Assembly (NCBI GenBank): GCA_025463165.1
Contig: JAOBAU010000113.1
Coordinates: 1-52,830 of the forward strand
Direction of reading: 5' to 3'
DNA: 52,830 nt
Source: Acidobacteriota bacterium
Lineage (GTDB): Bacteria > Acidobacteriota > Thermoanaerobaculia > Gp7-AA8
The notes beneath the pieces are model-generated. The model was not told the origin of the DNA, searched no databases, and was given only the letters and a program-made list of their open reading frames with translations. Below, in pieces: positions 24,365 through 34,387 of this stretch (position 1 is the stretch's first letter; the number at the start of each line of letters is the position of its first letter). A program made the position numbers and the translations under genes.

Positions 24365-25816
24365 GTGATTCCCCGCCTCGTGCTGCTCCTCGCGCTCGTG
24401 TCAGCGTCGTCGCTGGCCGACTGCATCGACAACGGCCACTACACGATCGCCGCGACGACGAATCCGCTGACCGGCGGCCGCTATCCGTACACCGAAGATC
24501 TGACGCACCATCTCGATGACAAACCGGTCGGCGGCGAGGTGACGGTTGCCTATCGCACGGAGGGCGCGTGGACGAAGCTCCAGAGCGGCTGCGCCTCGTT
24601 CGATGAGAAGAACATCAGCGCTGCCGGACCGGTGAATCTCCTGCTCCGCGCGTCGATTCATCTGGAGTATGGGAAGCAGCAGGCGCCCGCCGGTACGCGT
24701 TATGAGGTGCAGCTACGGATCGGACGGACGGCCGATGATCCGCAGCCGTTCGTTGCGATCGACGAAGAGCGCCGGCTCGATGGTCGCTATCCGCAAAGCA
24801 TCCGGTTCGCCGCAATCGCGCGTGATCTCCCGGCGGGGAACTGGGTCTACTCGATGTGGATGCGCATCATCGACGGGCCGCCATCGAATCAGATCACGCT
24901 CGATCTGCAATGGATCACCGCGCAGGGCGTGCCGAACGTCTATCCGGCGGCGCTGACGCGTTCGAGCGGAGACGTGATCGTCGGCACGAACTGGACTGAC
25001 GTCGCGCCGCCGATGGTGATCGACACGCCGTACGACATCGACGCGATTCTGCAGTCGTCGTTCACGATCGCAGGTGCGAGCGCCGACGCCGGTCTGATCG
25101 AGATTTCCTTCACCGCCGATGCGCCGCAACCCGGCTCGCGTTTCGGCGTGATCGCGCTGCCGCCGATGCTTCCCGATCGCGCCGTCGTCTTCGATCACGC
25201 TGATGCGCTCGAAGACGGAGGCCACACCATTCAACTGCGAATGCGAACGACGAAAGGGGAGGTGCGCCTTCGCGACATCCGCGCGGAATGCGTTTCGTTT
25301 CCGCGTCAGCTCCTGCGTCCGACGATCATTCCGCTGCAGATCGGCTACGACGCGCAGCCGTTCGTCGCGACCGCCGGTGATGAGCAGCCGGCGGCGATGA
25401 GTCCGGTGTGCGGGCGATGGACGAAAGTGCTCGACATGGAGCTCGAGCCATCAGGTGGTCCGCTCTCGTGGACGTTCGAAGGATTCGTCGAGATTCTCGG
25501 CGCCGACGTCAGCGGTTACGGGCAGCTCGGAATCGACGTCACGCATCGCGAACGCGATCGTTCCGACCCTTCGCGCGAGGTCGATTACGCGACCGATATG
25601 GGGATGTTCGAGTTCCAGGTGACGCCCGGCCGCGATGGGATTTACATCTTCGGCGACTGTAGCAAATGGGGCAATTTCAAGCGTGGCGCGCATGTATCGC
25701 TCTGGATTCGCAGAATTGAGGGATGCAATAACGCACCATTTGGCGGGCCGTTTCGGGTCGGCCGGCGCTGGCTTTCGATCAAACTTCTCCCCTCCGAAGG
25801 TCCCCACCTTCCGTAG
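24365..25816 (+). CDS. Secreted hypothetical protein with three apparent internal beta-sandwich repeats
   Basis: GTG 24365 gives a signal-like IPRLVLLLALVSASSLA; repeats marked by WT.. and G.(H/W)....(W/R)(M/I)R motifs. Confidence 0.65.
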   Translation: MIPRLVLLLALVSASSLADCIDNGHYTIAATTNPLTGGRYPYTEDLTHHLDDKPVGGEVTVAYRTEGAWTKLQSGCASFDEKNISAAGPVNLLLRASIHLEYGKQQAPAGTRYEVQLRIGRTADDPQPFVAIDEERRLDGRYPQSIRFAAIARDLPAGNWVYSMWMRIIDGPPSNQITLDLQWITAQGVPNVYPAALTRSSGDVIVGTNWTDVAPPMVIDTPYDIDAILQSSFTIAGASADAGLIEISFTADAPQPGSRFGVIALPPMLPDRAVVFDHADALEDGGHTIQLRMRTTKGEVRLRDIRAECVSFPRQLLRPTIIPLQIGYDAQPFVATAGDEQPAAMSPVCGRWTKVLDMELEPSGGPLSWTFEGFVEILGADVSGYGQLGIDVTHRERDRSDPSREVDYATDMGMFEFQVTPGRDGIYIFGDCSKWGNFKRGAHVSLWIRRIEGCNNAPFGGPFRVGRRWLSIKLLPSEGPHLP

Positions 25817-25969
25817 CCGTAGCCCAATTAATTCAATGGGTTAGGTCCGCCTCGCCAGCTAACGGCTGAGGCCGCGGAAGCGACTAAAAAGGGAGCCGGT
25901 AACAATAATTTAGAATAGATTGCCGGGCTGGCACGTTTTTCAAAGTCTCCAAACGTTACCGGTTAATTG

Positions 25970-25997
25970 TTGACAAAATGATTTCCGATTTTATGAT
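25970..25997 (+). promoter_or_regulatory. Sigma-70-type promoter TTGACA-N16-TATGAT
   Basis: Read directly in the AT-rich interval upstream of 26033. Confidence 0.65.
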
Positions 25998-26032
25998 CTT
26001 AGGCGGGTCGGTGATGGGTGAGGAGTCGGAGC

Positions 26033-26413
26033 ATGGCATTTGAGAAATGGGAGCCGCAACCGGAGTTCGAGCGTTTCCCCGCTTCGGCGACCATCGTGCA
26101 GTCGCGACTGATCCGCCTGCCGACGCCCGTCGCCAACATGCTTCGCCTGCGCGGCAGGACCAGCGCGAACCTCTACTACGACAAAAAGCGGAAGCTCATC
26201 GGCATCCGTCCGCTCGATAAAAAGGAAGAGGGCGCCGCGAAGATTCGCCAGTCCGACAAGTCGACGTCGCTGCACGTTCCGAGCTTCTTCCGCTTCTACG
26301 ACATCGAAGTGCCCGGCATCAAACGCTTCCACTGCTGGTACGACGAGAAGGAGCGGATGGCGATGATCGACATCTCGCGTCCGTCGCCGCGCGGACGTCC
26401 GGCCGGCACGTAA
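26033..26413 (+). CDS. Small basic protein, possible AbrB-like DNA-binding fold with C-terminal AT-hook-like PRGRP
   Basis: GAGGAG RBS; LIRLPTPVANML...LYYDKKRKLIGIRP; ends RPSPRGRPAGT. Confidence 0.65.
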   Translation: MAFEKWEPQPEFERFPASATIVQSRLIRLPTPVANMLRLRGRTSANLYYDKKRKLIGIRPLDKKEEGAAKIRQSDKSTSLHVPSFFRFYDIEVPGIKRFHCWYDEKERMAMIDISRPSPRGRPAGT

Positions 26414-26416
26414 CGC

Positions 26417-26677
26417 TCAGCGCTCGATGCTCGCGAGGTGGCGGCGATCGAGCACCATGTACGTGTCGGTTTCGGTGAACGCGAACGCAGGCCAGTCGAG
26501 CTCCGCCGGCCCATCGAAGTAGAGCGTCTCGATTGGCCGGAGTGAGGTTTTCGGCGCGCGGTACTTCTCTGATCGCGGCCGACCCTTCGTTCCACGCATC
26601 GATGGGATCGCCAGCGCTCCGCGCGTGCGGATCGTCCGCGGAATCTCGAAGGCATCGATCGTATCCGTGTTCGTCAT
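26417..26677 (-). CDS. Hypothetical protein (uncertain)
   Basis: MTNTDTIDAFEIP...; fills the gap convergent on 26413; no family recognised. Confidence 0.4.
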   Translation of the reverse strand: MTNTDTIDAFEIPRTIRTRGALAIPSMRGTKGRPRSEKYRAPKTSLRPIETLYFDGPAELDWPAFAFTETDTYMVLDRRHLASIER

Positions 26678-26873
26678 CGGAGCTGCGTTGTGCCGCCGAC
26701 CAGAGGACGTAGCGATCGAGCCGACTCGCGTGTACATAGCCACCTGATGCGCAGCCTTCGTGTCCGCGGGCATCGCAGAGGATACCTGCACGGGATTGTT
26801 CCGCCAGTCAGCCATTCGAGCGAATTGGTGATCTGGGTCCCGTCGCAGATGACGCGCGATTCTCCTCCAAACA

Positions 26874-26901
26874 AAAACGGCGGCCTCGCGGCCGCCGTTT
26901 T
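26874..26901. terminator. Intrinsic terminator, potentially bidirectional
   Basis: AAAACGGCGGCC-TCGC-GGCCGCCGTTTT, 20 bp after the SGNH gene stop. Confidence 0.85.
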
Positions 26902-26921
26902 CATCGCTGCGTAAAAGCAGA

Positions 26922-28376
26922 TCAGTGGTTGGAGATGCGGCGCGTGCGGCCGGGAGCGGCCGATGGCGCCGGGGTCTCGACGAACATCGTCCGGAACTGT
27001 GCGGCTGACTCGTCGCTGAGCGACCACGGCGTCGACGCGAGGACCGCGTCGCCGTTCGTGGTGCGGGCGAGGAACGAGATCGCGCCGTTGTTCGTGAAGA
27101 ACGGGGTGACCGAGGCGACCGGGATCTTCGTGCCGTAGCCGCGGTTGATGGCGCGGATGAACTCGTTCGCGAACAGCGTGTAGCCGAGGTCCGTGAAGTG
27201 CAGTCCGTCGAGGCTGAAGAAGCCGCCGGTGACGAATGCGTTGGTCACCGAGAACGGGCCGATGGCGATGCCGCCCGGCGCCGTGACGCGGTTGAAGAGA
27301 CCCGAGAAATCGGCGACCGGAATCTGGCGCGCGCTGGCCGCGGTGTTGATCGCCGCGTTGATGTCGACGGCGCGCTGCACGATCTCCGTGATCTCGGTGC
27401 CGGTCAGTGCATCGGCGTCCGGCAGCGGCTCACCGGCGTGCGGCAGCGCGTTGAACGGCGGAATGGCCTTCAGCGCCGGCGGAATGCCGTAGCCGAGGCG
27501 CAGGTCGGTCTGTGCGTGCAGCGGAACGCGCGAGTTGGCGTCGAGCTGGCCGAGGACGCCGTTCGTTTCGGCGAAGTAGTAGATCACTTTGCCGTCCGGA
27601 CCGAGGACCGGCTGGCCGGTGGCCGGATTCACGATGTACGGCGCGATGAGGTTGATGTACGGCAGCGTGGCGGGATTCGTCGGCAGGTTGCTGACGACGA
27701 TGCCGGCATCCGGCGCGCCGGCGCGCAGCTTGTCGAGGAGTGCGTTGTACGAGGTGGTGAAGGCGGCCAGCGGCGTGAGCGACTTCGACGTGCCGCTGGT
27801 GAGCGCGGTGAGGACGTCATTCGCTCCGAGCTCGACGATGATGAACGTCGGATGAAGCGCGAGCGCCTGATTGGCCTGCGTGCCGAGTCCGCGCAGGATG
27901 AACTGCGCGAACGACGTCGCGGTGCTCGTCGCCGGCTGCGCGCCGGTCAGCGTGTCAGCCTCCGTGGCTTTGATTCCCGGGACGCTGAGGTTGTTGTACG
28001 GACGTCCGAAGCCGGTCACGAGCGGAGTGCCCGAGCCGGGAGCCGGCGAGATTACGACGCTCGGCGCGATGCTGACGAGCTGGTTCTCGCTGCCGATGCC
28101 GGGGAAGCTCACCAGCGGCTGCGCGAAGCAGTTGTCGGCCGCGGTTGCGCTGACGCCGCAGACGGTGAGACCGACCTGGCGCGCGATGACCGCGGGGAAG
28201 CTGTACTGCTGATGGTTGACGTTCAGCGATCCGGACTCGAGTCCGGAGCCGAGGCTCGTGCCGATGACGACGAGGCGGGTGAAGTCGGCTTTTCCTGGTG
28301 CAGCGAAGACCGGCACCGCTGCGACGGCAAGGACGGCAAGGACCGCCACAAATCGTGCGAAGCTCTTGTTGCTCAT
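26922..28376 (-). CDS. Secreted SGNH/GDSL-family hydrolase
   Basis: Signal peptide from MSNKSF; VIGTSLG, YNNLSVPG, ELGANDVL, FSLDGLH. Confidence 0.85.
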   Translation of the reverse strand: MSNKSFARFVAVLAVLAVAAVPVFAAPGKADFTRLVVIGTSLGSGLESGSLNVNHQQYSFPAVIARQVGLTVCGVSATAADNCFAQPLVSFPGIGSENQLVSIAPSVVISPAPGSGTPLVTGFGRPYNNLSVPGIKATEADTLTGAQPATSTATSFAQFILRGLGTQANQALALHPTFIIVELGANDVLTALTSGTSKSLTPLAAFTTSYNALLDKLRAGAPDAGIVVSNLPTNPATLPYINLIAPYIVNPATGQPVLGPDGKVIYYFAETNGVLGQLDANSRVPLHAQTDLRLGYGIPPALKAIPPFNALPHAGEPLPDADALTGTEITEIVQRAVDINAAINTAASARQIPVADFSGLFNRVTAPGGIAIGPFSVTNAFVTGGFFSLDGLHFTDLGYTLFANEFIRAINRGYGTKIPVASVTPFFTNNGAISFLARTTNGDAVLASTPWSLSDESAAQFRTMFVETPAPSAAPGRTRRISNH

Positions 28377-28404
28377 CACTCGGTTCTCCTTAGGGTTTGA
28401 TCGC

Positions 28405-29694
28405 TCAGAACTTGTAACCAAAGTTCACGCTGATCAGGTTCGCGTCGGTTTTGTAGGTGCCGTTGAAGTGATCGGAGTTGATGCCGCCGGTGCTGCGATC
28501 CTTGAAGTGCAGGACGAACTCGGTGGCGTCGATGATCCACGGTCCTTTGTGGTAGCCGACACCGAACGAAACGCCTTCGCGATCGGAGTCGGGGAGGAGC
28601 GGACCGACGCCTTCCGTCGGCTGCGGGTTCTCGTCGTAGACGACGCCGAGACGAACGTCCCAGTTCGGCGTGACCGGATGGTTCGTGCCGAGGCGGAACG
28701 AGTTCGTGTTTTCCCAGTTCTGCGGACGATGAAGGTTCAGCGCCGGCGTGCTGTCGAACGCGATGTCGAGATTCTTGAAGCGGCTCCACGTCGTGTGCGT
28801 CACATCGAACTCGACGTCCCAGTTCGGAATGAGCGTCGTGGCGACGCCGATCGAGGCGATGGCCGGGAAGTCGATCGAGGTGCTGATCCCCTGGTTGGCC
28901 GGAAGACCGGCGCGAACGGCGGCGTCGAACTGCGCGTTGCCGGTGAGGATCTGCGTGAACTTCGCTTTGCCTTTGAAGTCGATGGTCTGGTCAGTGCGGT
29001 ACGACGCACCGAAGCGCCACGTCGGCGACGGCTTGAACAGCAGGCCGACGTTCCAGCCCCAGTTGTTCTCCCAGTCGCTGGCGAGATACACGTTGGCGAC
29101 GTCGGCGAAGTTCTGCGTGAACGGGTTGAGCGCGCCGTTGTTGCGGTTGAGCGAGATCTTGGCGCGGCGATACTCGGCGCCTGCGCCGAGTGCGAAGCGG
29201 CCGTCGCTGGTCTGCCACGCGATGGCCGGCTCGACCGAGAGCGTCTTCACGTTCGCGTCGCGCGAGATGAAGCGGCCCGGGAAGTCATCCTGCCAGTTGG
29301 TGCGCAGACCGAACGCGGAGAACGCGCCGAGTCCGAAGGTGAGGTTCTCACCGATCGGCACGACGAGGTACGCGTTCGGCGGCGTGAACGTGTGACGCTT
29401 GTAGTTCGCGCCGCTGATGCCGACCGTGAACGGATCGTCCTGGTCGCCGGTGAAGTCGTTCGAGAAGTTGATGATCGTCGCGCCGCTGATGAACGACAGA
29501 TGCCGTTGCTGCGCGATGCCCGCGACGTTGTAGAAGATCGCGCTCGGATCGTCGGCAGTGGCGACGAATGCACCGCCCATCGCGGTTGCCTTCGCACCCT
29601 GTTCGAAAATCGAGAATCCGGAGCCGAACGCCACTCCGCCCACTGCCAGGATCGTTGCCGGGATCAGTAGTGAAAGTCTGGTCAGAAGACGCAC
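28405..29694 (-). CDS. FadL/OmpP1/TodX outer-membrane transporter
   Basis: SGFSIFEQGAKATAMGGAFVATADDPSAIFYNVAG hatch motif, LPDSDR, terminal GYKF. Confidence 0.92.
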   Translation of the reverse strand: MRLLTRLSLLIPATILAVGGVAFGSGFSIFEQGAKATAMGGAFVATADDPSAIFYNVAGIAQQRHLSFISGATIINFSNDFTGDQDDPFTVGISGANYKRHTFTPPNAYLVVPIGENLTFGLGAFSAFGLRTNWQDDFPGRFISRDANVKTLSVEPAIAWQTSDGRFALGAGAEYRRAKISLNRNNGALNPFTQNFADVANVYLASDWENNWGWNVGLLFKPSPTWRFGASYRTDQTIDFKGKAKFTQILTGNAQFDAAVRAGLPANQGISTSIDFPAIASIGVATTLIPNWDVEFDVTHTTWSRFKNLDIAFDSTPALNLHRPQNWENTNSFRLGTNHPVTPNWDVRLGVVYDENPQPTEGVGPLLPDSDREGVSFGVGYHKGPWIIDATEFVLHFKDRSTGGINSDHFNGTYKTDANLISVNFGYKF

Positions 29695-29816
29695 AGGTGT
29701 GACCTCCTAAGTCGTTTACATTTGCAGGTTAATCAAGTTTGTGGACGGCGCGGATCATAGCACAGCAATTCCGTCAAATAGCCGCGCGTTCCGGTGCCCG
29801 ACAGGGAGAGAAAACC

Positions 29817-30608
29817 ATGCGTCGTCTGCTCATCTTCATCGCCATTGCGATGCTCGCACTGCCGGCTTTTTCCGGCACCGCTTACGACTTCCGTTCGGCG
29901 ACGACCGGCATCCGAAAAACGACGATGAGCGGCCACATCGAAGTGGAAGGGAAGAACCTTCGGATGAACGTCGTCGAAGGCGACGGAAAGCTCTTCCGCA
30001 ACGGCGCGATCGTCCTGTCGAAAGACGGCGGCAAAACGCTCGTCGTCACCTCACCCTCGGACAAAACCTTTTACGAAGTGAACCTGAACGATCTCCTCGG
30101 CGGCGCCGGCGCGATGCTGAAGTCGCTCGGCGATCTCGTGAAGATCACCTTCGACAATCAGAAGGTCGCCGTGCGCGATGCCGGCGCCGGTGAAACGATC
30201 GAAGGCTATCCGACGCGCAAGTCGTTGCTCGATGCGTCGTACGACATGAATGTGATCACCGGCGGACAGAAAATGTCGACGCATATGTCGATGAAGACCG
30301 AGAGCTGGACGACCGATCGCATCGCCGCCGACGCCATGAACTGGTTCCAGACGACCGGAGTGCGCACCGGCATCGACGGAATCGACAAGCTGATCGAAGC
30401 GCAGAGCCGCGCGACGAAAGGCGGCTTCCCGCTGAAGCAGGTAACGACGGTGACGGTCGATCGCGGCGGACAGAAGATGGTGTCGACGACGATGGCGACC
30501 GTGACGAACATCGCCACGCGGCCGATCGCCGCAAAAGAATTCGCGATGCCGGCCGGTTATCGGAAGGTACCGAGCCCGCTCGATCGGATGATGGCAGGCC
30601 GGCCTTAG
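29817..30608 (+). CDS. Secreted DUF4412-like protein
   Basis: Signal peptide from MRRLLIF; [26 protein letters not shown]. Confidence 0.7.
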   Translation: MRRLLIFIAIAMLALPAFSGTAYDFRSATTGIRKTTMSGHIEVEGKNLRMNVVEGDGKLFRNGAIVLSKDGGKTLVVTSPSDKTFYEVNLNDLLGGAGAMLKSLGDLVKITFDNQKVAVRDAGAGETIEGYPTRKSLLDASYDMNVITGGQKMSTHMSMKTESWTTDRIAADAMNWFQTTGVRTGIDGIDKLIEAQSRATKGGFPLKQVTTVTVDRGGQKMVSTTMATVTNIATRPIAAKEFAMPAGYRKVPSPLDRMMAGRP

Positions 30609-32008
30609 CGGTCGAGCAGTTCGCGCAGCACGGCGTTGGCCAGCTCGGCCTTCGCTTTTCCGCGCGTCTCTTTCATCAGCTGGCCGACGAGGAAACCGAA
30701 GACCTGCTGCTTGCCGCCGCGGTACTGCTCGACCTGCGCGGCGTTCGCGGTGATGACGCGCTCCGCCGCTTCGCGGATCGCCGACGGATCGCTGATCTGC
30801 GAGAGCCCTTTGCGCTCCACGATCGTCTCCGGCGCTTCGCCGCTCTGCGACATATCGTCGAAGATCTCTTTCGCTGACTTGCCGCCGATCGCGCCGCTGT
30901 CGATCAGTTTGATCAGCCGCGCCAGCATCGACGGCGTGACGCGATACTCCTCGAGCTCGACCTTCTCTTCATTGAGCACGCGCAGCACTTCGTTGCGCAC
31001 CCAGTTCGCTGCCGCTTTCGCGTTCGCCGCTTCCGCCGCCACCGCTTCGTAATACTCAGCGAGCGCTTTCGTCACCACGAGCGCTTCGGCATCTTTCACG
31101 CTGAGGCCGAAGTCACGCTGATAGCGCGCCGCCCGCGGCGCCGGCAACTCCGGCAGCGCGCGGCGAATCTCTTCGATCTGCGACGGCTCGACGTCGAGCG
31201 TCAGCAGATCGGGATCGGGAAAATATCGATAGTCATGCGCTTCTTCCTTCGAGCGCATCACGCGCGTCTCGCCCGTGGCGACGTCGTAGAGCCGCGTCTC
31301 CTGATCGATTTTTCCGCCGCGCTCGAGCACCGCGATCTGCCGTTCGATCTCATGTTCGATCGCGCGTCCGACGTAGCGGAACGAGTTCAGGTTCTTCGTT
31401 TCCGTGCGCGTGCCGAGCTCTTCACCTTCGCGGCGCACGGAGACGTTTGCGTCGCAGCGCAGCGATCCCTCTTCCATGTTGCCGTCGCACGCGCCGGTGT
31501 ACATCAGCACCTGACGCAGCCGCGTCAGATACGCGACCGCGTCATCGGCATTGGCGAGGTCGGGCTCCGTCACGATCTCGACGAGCGGCGTGCCGGCGCG
31601 ATTGAGATCGACGAGCGAGCCGTCGCCGTGATGCATCAGCTTCCCGGCGTCTTCTTCCATGTGAATGCGGCGAATGCGCACGTCGCCGATGCGGCCGTTC
31701 GTCGCGATCGGCCGGTCGAACTGCGAGATCTGGTAGCCCTTCGGCAGGTCGGGGTAGAAGTAGTTCTTGCGCGCGAAGACGGAGCGCGGATGCACTTCGC
31801 AATCGGTTGCCAGTCCCATGCGAACCGCGAGCTCGACCGCTTTCCGATTCAGCACCGGCAGCGATCCGGGATAGCCGAGGCAGATCGGACAGACGTGAGT
31901 GTTCGGCGGCGCGCCGAAAGCGGGGGAGCATCCGCAGAAGATTTTGGTGCTGGTGAGCAGTCGCGCGTGGACCTCGAGTCCGATGACCGCTTCCCACTTT
32001 CCCGGCAT
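30605..32008 (-). CDS. gatB: Asp/Glu-tRNA amidotransferase subunit B
   Basis: [65 protein letters not shown]. Confidence 0.98.
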   Translation of the reverse strand: MPGKWEAVIGLEVHARLLTSTKIFCGCSPAFGAPPNTHVCPICLGYPGSLPVLNRKAVELAVRMGLATDCEVHPRSVFARKNYFYPDLPKGYQISQFDRPIATNGRIGDVRIRRIHMEEDAGKLMHHGDGSLVDLNRAGTPLVEIVTEPDLANADDAVAYLTRLRQVLMYTGACDGNMEEGSLRCDANVSVRREGEELGTRTETKNLNSFRYVGRAIEHEIERQIAVLERGGKIDQETRLYDVATGETRVMRSKEEAHDYRYFPDPDLLTLDVEPSQIEEIRRALPELPAPRAARYQRDFGLSVKDAEALVVTKALAEYYEAVAAEAANAKAAANWVRNEVLRVLNEEKVELEEYRVTPSMLARLIKLIDSGAIGGKSAKEIFDDMSQSGEAPETIVERKGLSQISDPSAIREAAERVITANAAQVEQYRGGKQQVFGFLVGQLMKETRGKAKAELANAVLRELLDR

Positions 32009-32093
32009 GGCGGCGGATTATACGCACCGATACGAAACGCCCTCGCCATCCGTATCAGCTACAATTACGGCCTTCCGCCGCCCACGGAGTCAG

Positions 32094-34364
32094 ATGCAAC
32101 GCTCTTCTTTGCTTCGCACGTATTACGTCGCGGCCATCGTTGTGGCCACGGCGTGCGTTGCATTGGAGCTGGCGACGGAGCCGAACGCTTCGCCGCGCGC
32201 GCTTCTCTTCTTCGCGGCGCTGGTGATGCTCTCGTCGTTTCTGCGCGTCGACGAGCGTTCGATCGGCTTCGAAGCGGCGCCGGTTTTCGGAGCGATGATC
32301 CTCTACCACGACCCGGTCGTGGCGATCGTCCCGGTCTTCGCCGGCATCGGCCTGCGCTGCGCGTACGACGCGTTCGTCGATCGCGCCGCGCGCCGCGTCG
32401 AGCCATTCTACGAAGCGGCCGAGCTCGGGCTCTCGTATTACGTCGTCGCGCTTTTGTATGCGTCGGCCGTCGCGCGCACCGCGCCGCTGATGGCGAAAGT
32501 CTCCGGCTACATCCTGCTGATGGTCGGCTGTGTCGTCGCGCATCTGATCTTCGCGTCGATCCGCCGCTATCTCGATGAAGAGCGCGGACCGCTCGACTTC
32601 CGCAGCACGCTGGCGTCGCAGACGCGGACGCTGCTGCTGGTCAGTCCGATCGTCGGACTCGAGGTGATGAGCTTCGCCGCGTACGGCGGACTCGGATTCG
32701 CCGCCGCGTATCTGCCGGTGCTGCTCGTCGCGTATGCGCTGCGTCGCGAGTCGGTGGCCGAGAAACAGAACGCCGATTTGATTCGCCGCAATCGCGAGCT
32801 GTCGATTCTCACCGAGAGCGCGGCGCAGATTCTCTCAGCAGAGGGCGATGAAGAGACGCTGCGGCGAATGGTGTCGCTGCTCGGCGGACTGGCGAAACTG
32901 AAAGCGTGCGCGGTCGTGACGTGGGAGATGAATCCGGAGATCGCCGGAACCGTCTATCGATATGGCGAGTGTCTGCCGACCGATCAGGAGATCGGCCGCT
33001 GGGTCGACTCCGCGGGATTCGCGCAGTCGGCGCCGAGCCGCGCGTTCGTTTTTCAGAATGAGCTGCGCCGGTTTCCTCTGTCGAACGGCAGCGGCATTCA
33101 GGTGCTCATCGGCATTCAGACAGTCGAAGTCATCTACGGAATCCTCATCTACGAGACCGAAGACGCGTCGATCATCAAGACCGGCAATCTCAATCTGCTC
33201 ACGCTGCTCGTCAATCAGACCGCGGTGTCGCTGCAGGACCAGCTGCTGCGCCGCGAGATGCGCGACAAGACGGAGCAGCTCGAAGCGCAGGCCGCCACGA
33301 TGTCGACGATTCTCGAAGTGTCGAACGGACTGATCGGCTCGTTCGACATCGACGCCATGCTGACGCGCATCGCACTCGCGGTGCGGACCGCGCTCGGCTT
33401 CGAAGTGGTCGTCTTCGCGCTCTTCGATCCGAAGAAAGACGAGTTCGTCCGGCGCGCGCACGCGGGGCTCGATGACGTGTGGGAAGAGGTGCGCAGGAAG
33501 CACGTCTCGTCGAGCGAGATTCGCGCGTTCTTCAACGAAGAGTTCCGCATCTCGGGATCGTTCTTCGTGTCGCATACGGCGCTCGTGCAGAGCGAGCATG
33601 GGTTCTTCGTGCGGCCCGACGACACCGGTGAAAAGCTCGTCGCCGAATGGCACGAGAACGACATGATCATGGTGCCGCTGATGAGCGCCGATCAGGTCAT
33701 CGGCTATCTCTCGGTGCGCGAGCCGCACGATCGCCGCGTGCCGACGATGGAGAAGCTGAAGACGCTCGAGATCTTCGCCGTGCAGGCCGTGACGGCGCTG
33801 CAGTCGGCGCGGCAGTACGAAGAGATCAAACGCCTCACCGCCATCGATGCGCTGACGCCCGCGTACAACCATCGCTACTTCCAGGAAGCGCTCGCGAAAG
33901 AGATCCATCGTCATCAGCGCACCTCGCATCAGTTCGTTCTGGCGATGCTCGACATCGACAACTTCAAACGCTTCAACGACACATTCGGCCATCCGGTCGG
34001 CGACGAGATCCTGAAAGGTCTGGTCGATGAGTTGCTGACCAACGTGCGCGATATGGACGTCGTGGCACGTTACGGCGGCGAAGAATTCGCGATCATCTTT
34101 CCCGAGACGCGCGGCGTGGCAGCGCGCGATGCGGCGAACCGTTTGCGCGAGCTGGTCGGCAAGCGTGAGTTCGCGCTGCCGCAGGTCGGACGGGCGCTGC
34201 GGATCACGGTCAGCATCGGCGTGGCGGTCTTCCCGGAAGACGGCGAGACGAACGCCGATCTGATCAACCACGCCGATATCGCTCTCTACCAGGCGAAGAA
34301 GAACGGCCGCAATCAGGTCGTGCTCGCGGCGGACGTCGCGGCAAACGAAGCGACCGGCGCGTAG
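32094..34364 (+). CDS. Membrane-bound GAF-GAF-GGDEF diguanylate cyclase
   Basis: Multi-TM N-terminus, two GAF-like regions, DIDNFKRFNDTFGHPVGD, I-site RDMD, active site RYGGEEF. Confidence 0.92.
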   Translation: MQRSSLLRTYYVAAIVVATACVALELATEPNASPRALLFFAALVMLSSFLRVDERSIGFEAAPVFGAMILYHDPVVAIVPVFAGIGLRCAYDAFVDRAARRVEPFYEAAELGLSYYVVALLYASAVARTAPLMAKVSGYILLMVGCVVAHLIFASIRRYLDEERGPLDFRSTLASQTRTLLLVSPIVGLEVMSFAAYGGLGFAAAYLPVLLVAYALRRESVAEKQNADLIRRNRELSILTESAAQILSAEGDEETLRRMVSLLGGLAKLKACAVVTWEMNPEIAGTVYRYGECLPTDQEIGRWVDSAGFAQSAPSRAFVFQNELRRFPLSNGSGIQVLIGIQTVEVIYGILIYETEDASIIKTGNLNLLTLLVNQTAVSLQDQLLRREMRDKTEQLEAQAATMSTILEVSNGLIGSFDIDAMLTRIALAVRTALGFEVVVFALFDPKKDEFVRRAHAGLDDVWEEVRRKHVSSSEIRAFFNEEFRISGSFFVSHTALVQSEHGFFVRPDDTGEKLVAEWHENDMIMVPLMSADQVIGYLSVREPHDRRVPTMEKLKTLEIFAVQAVTALQSARQYEEIKRLTAIDALTPAYNHRYFQEALAKEIHRHQRTSHQFVLAMLDIDNFKRFNDTFGHPVGDEILKGLVDELLTNVRDMDVVARYGGEEFAIIFPETRGVAARDAANRLRELVGKREFALPQVGRALRITVSIGVAVFPEDGETNADLINHADIALYQAKKNGRNQVVLAADVAANEATGA

Positions 34365-34387
34365 CAGCCTCATGTACCCTTGCGCGC

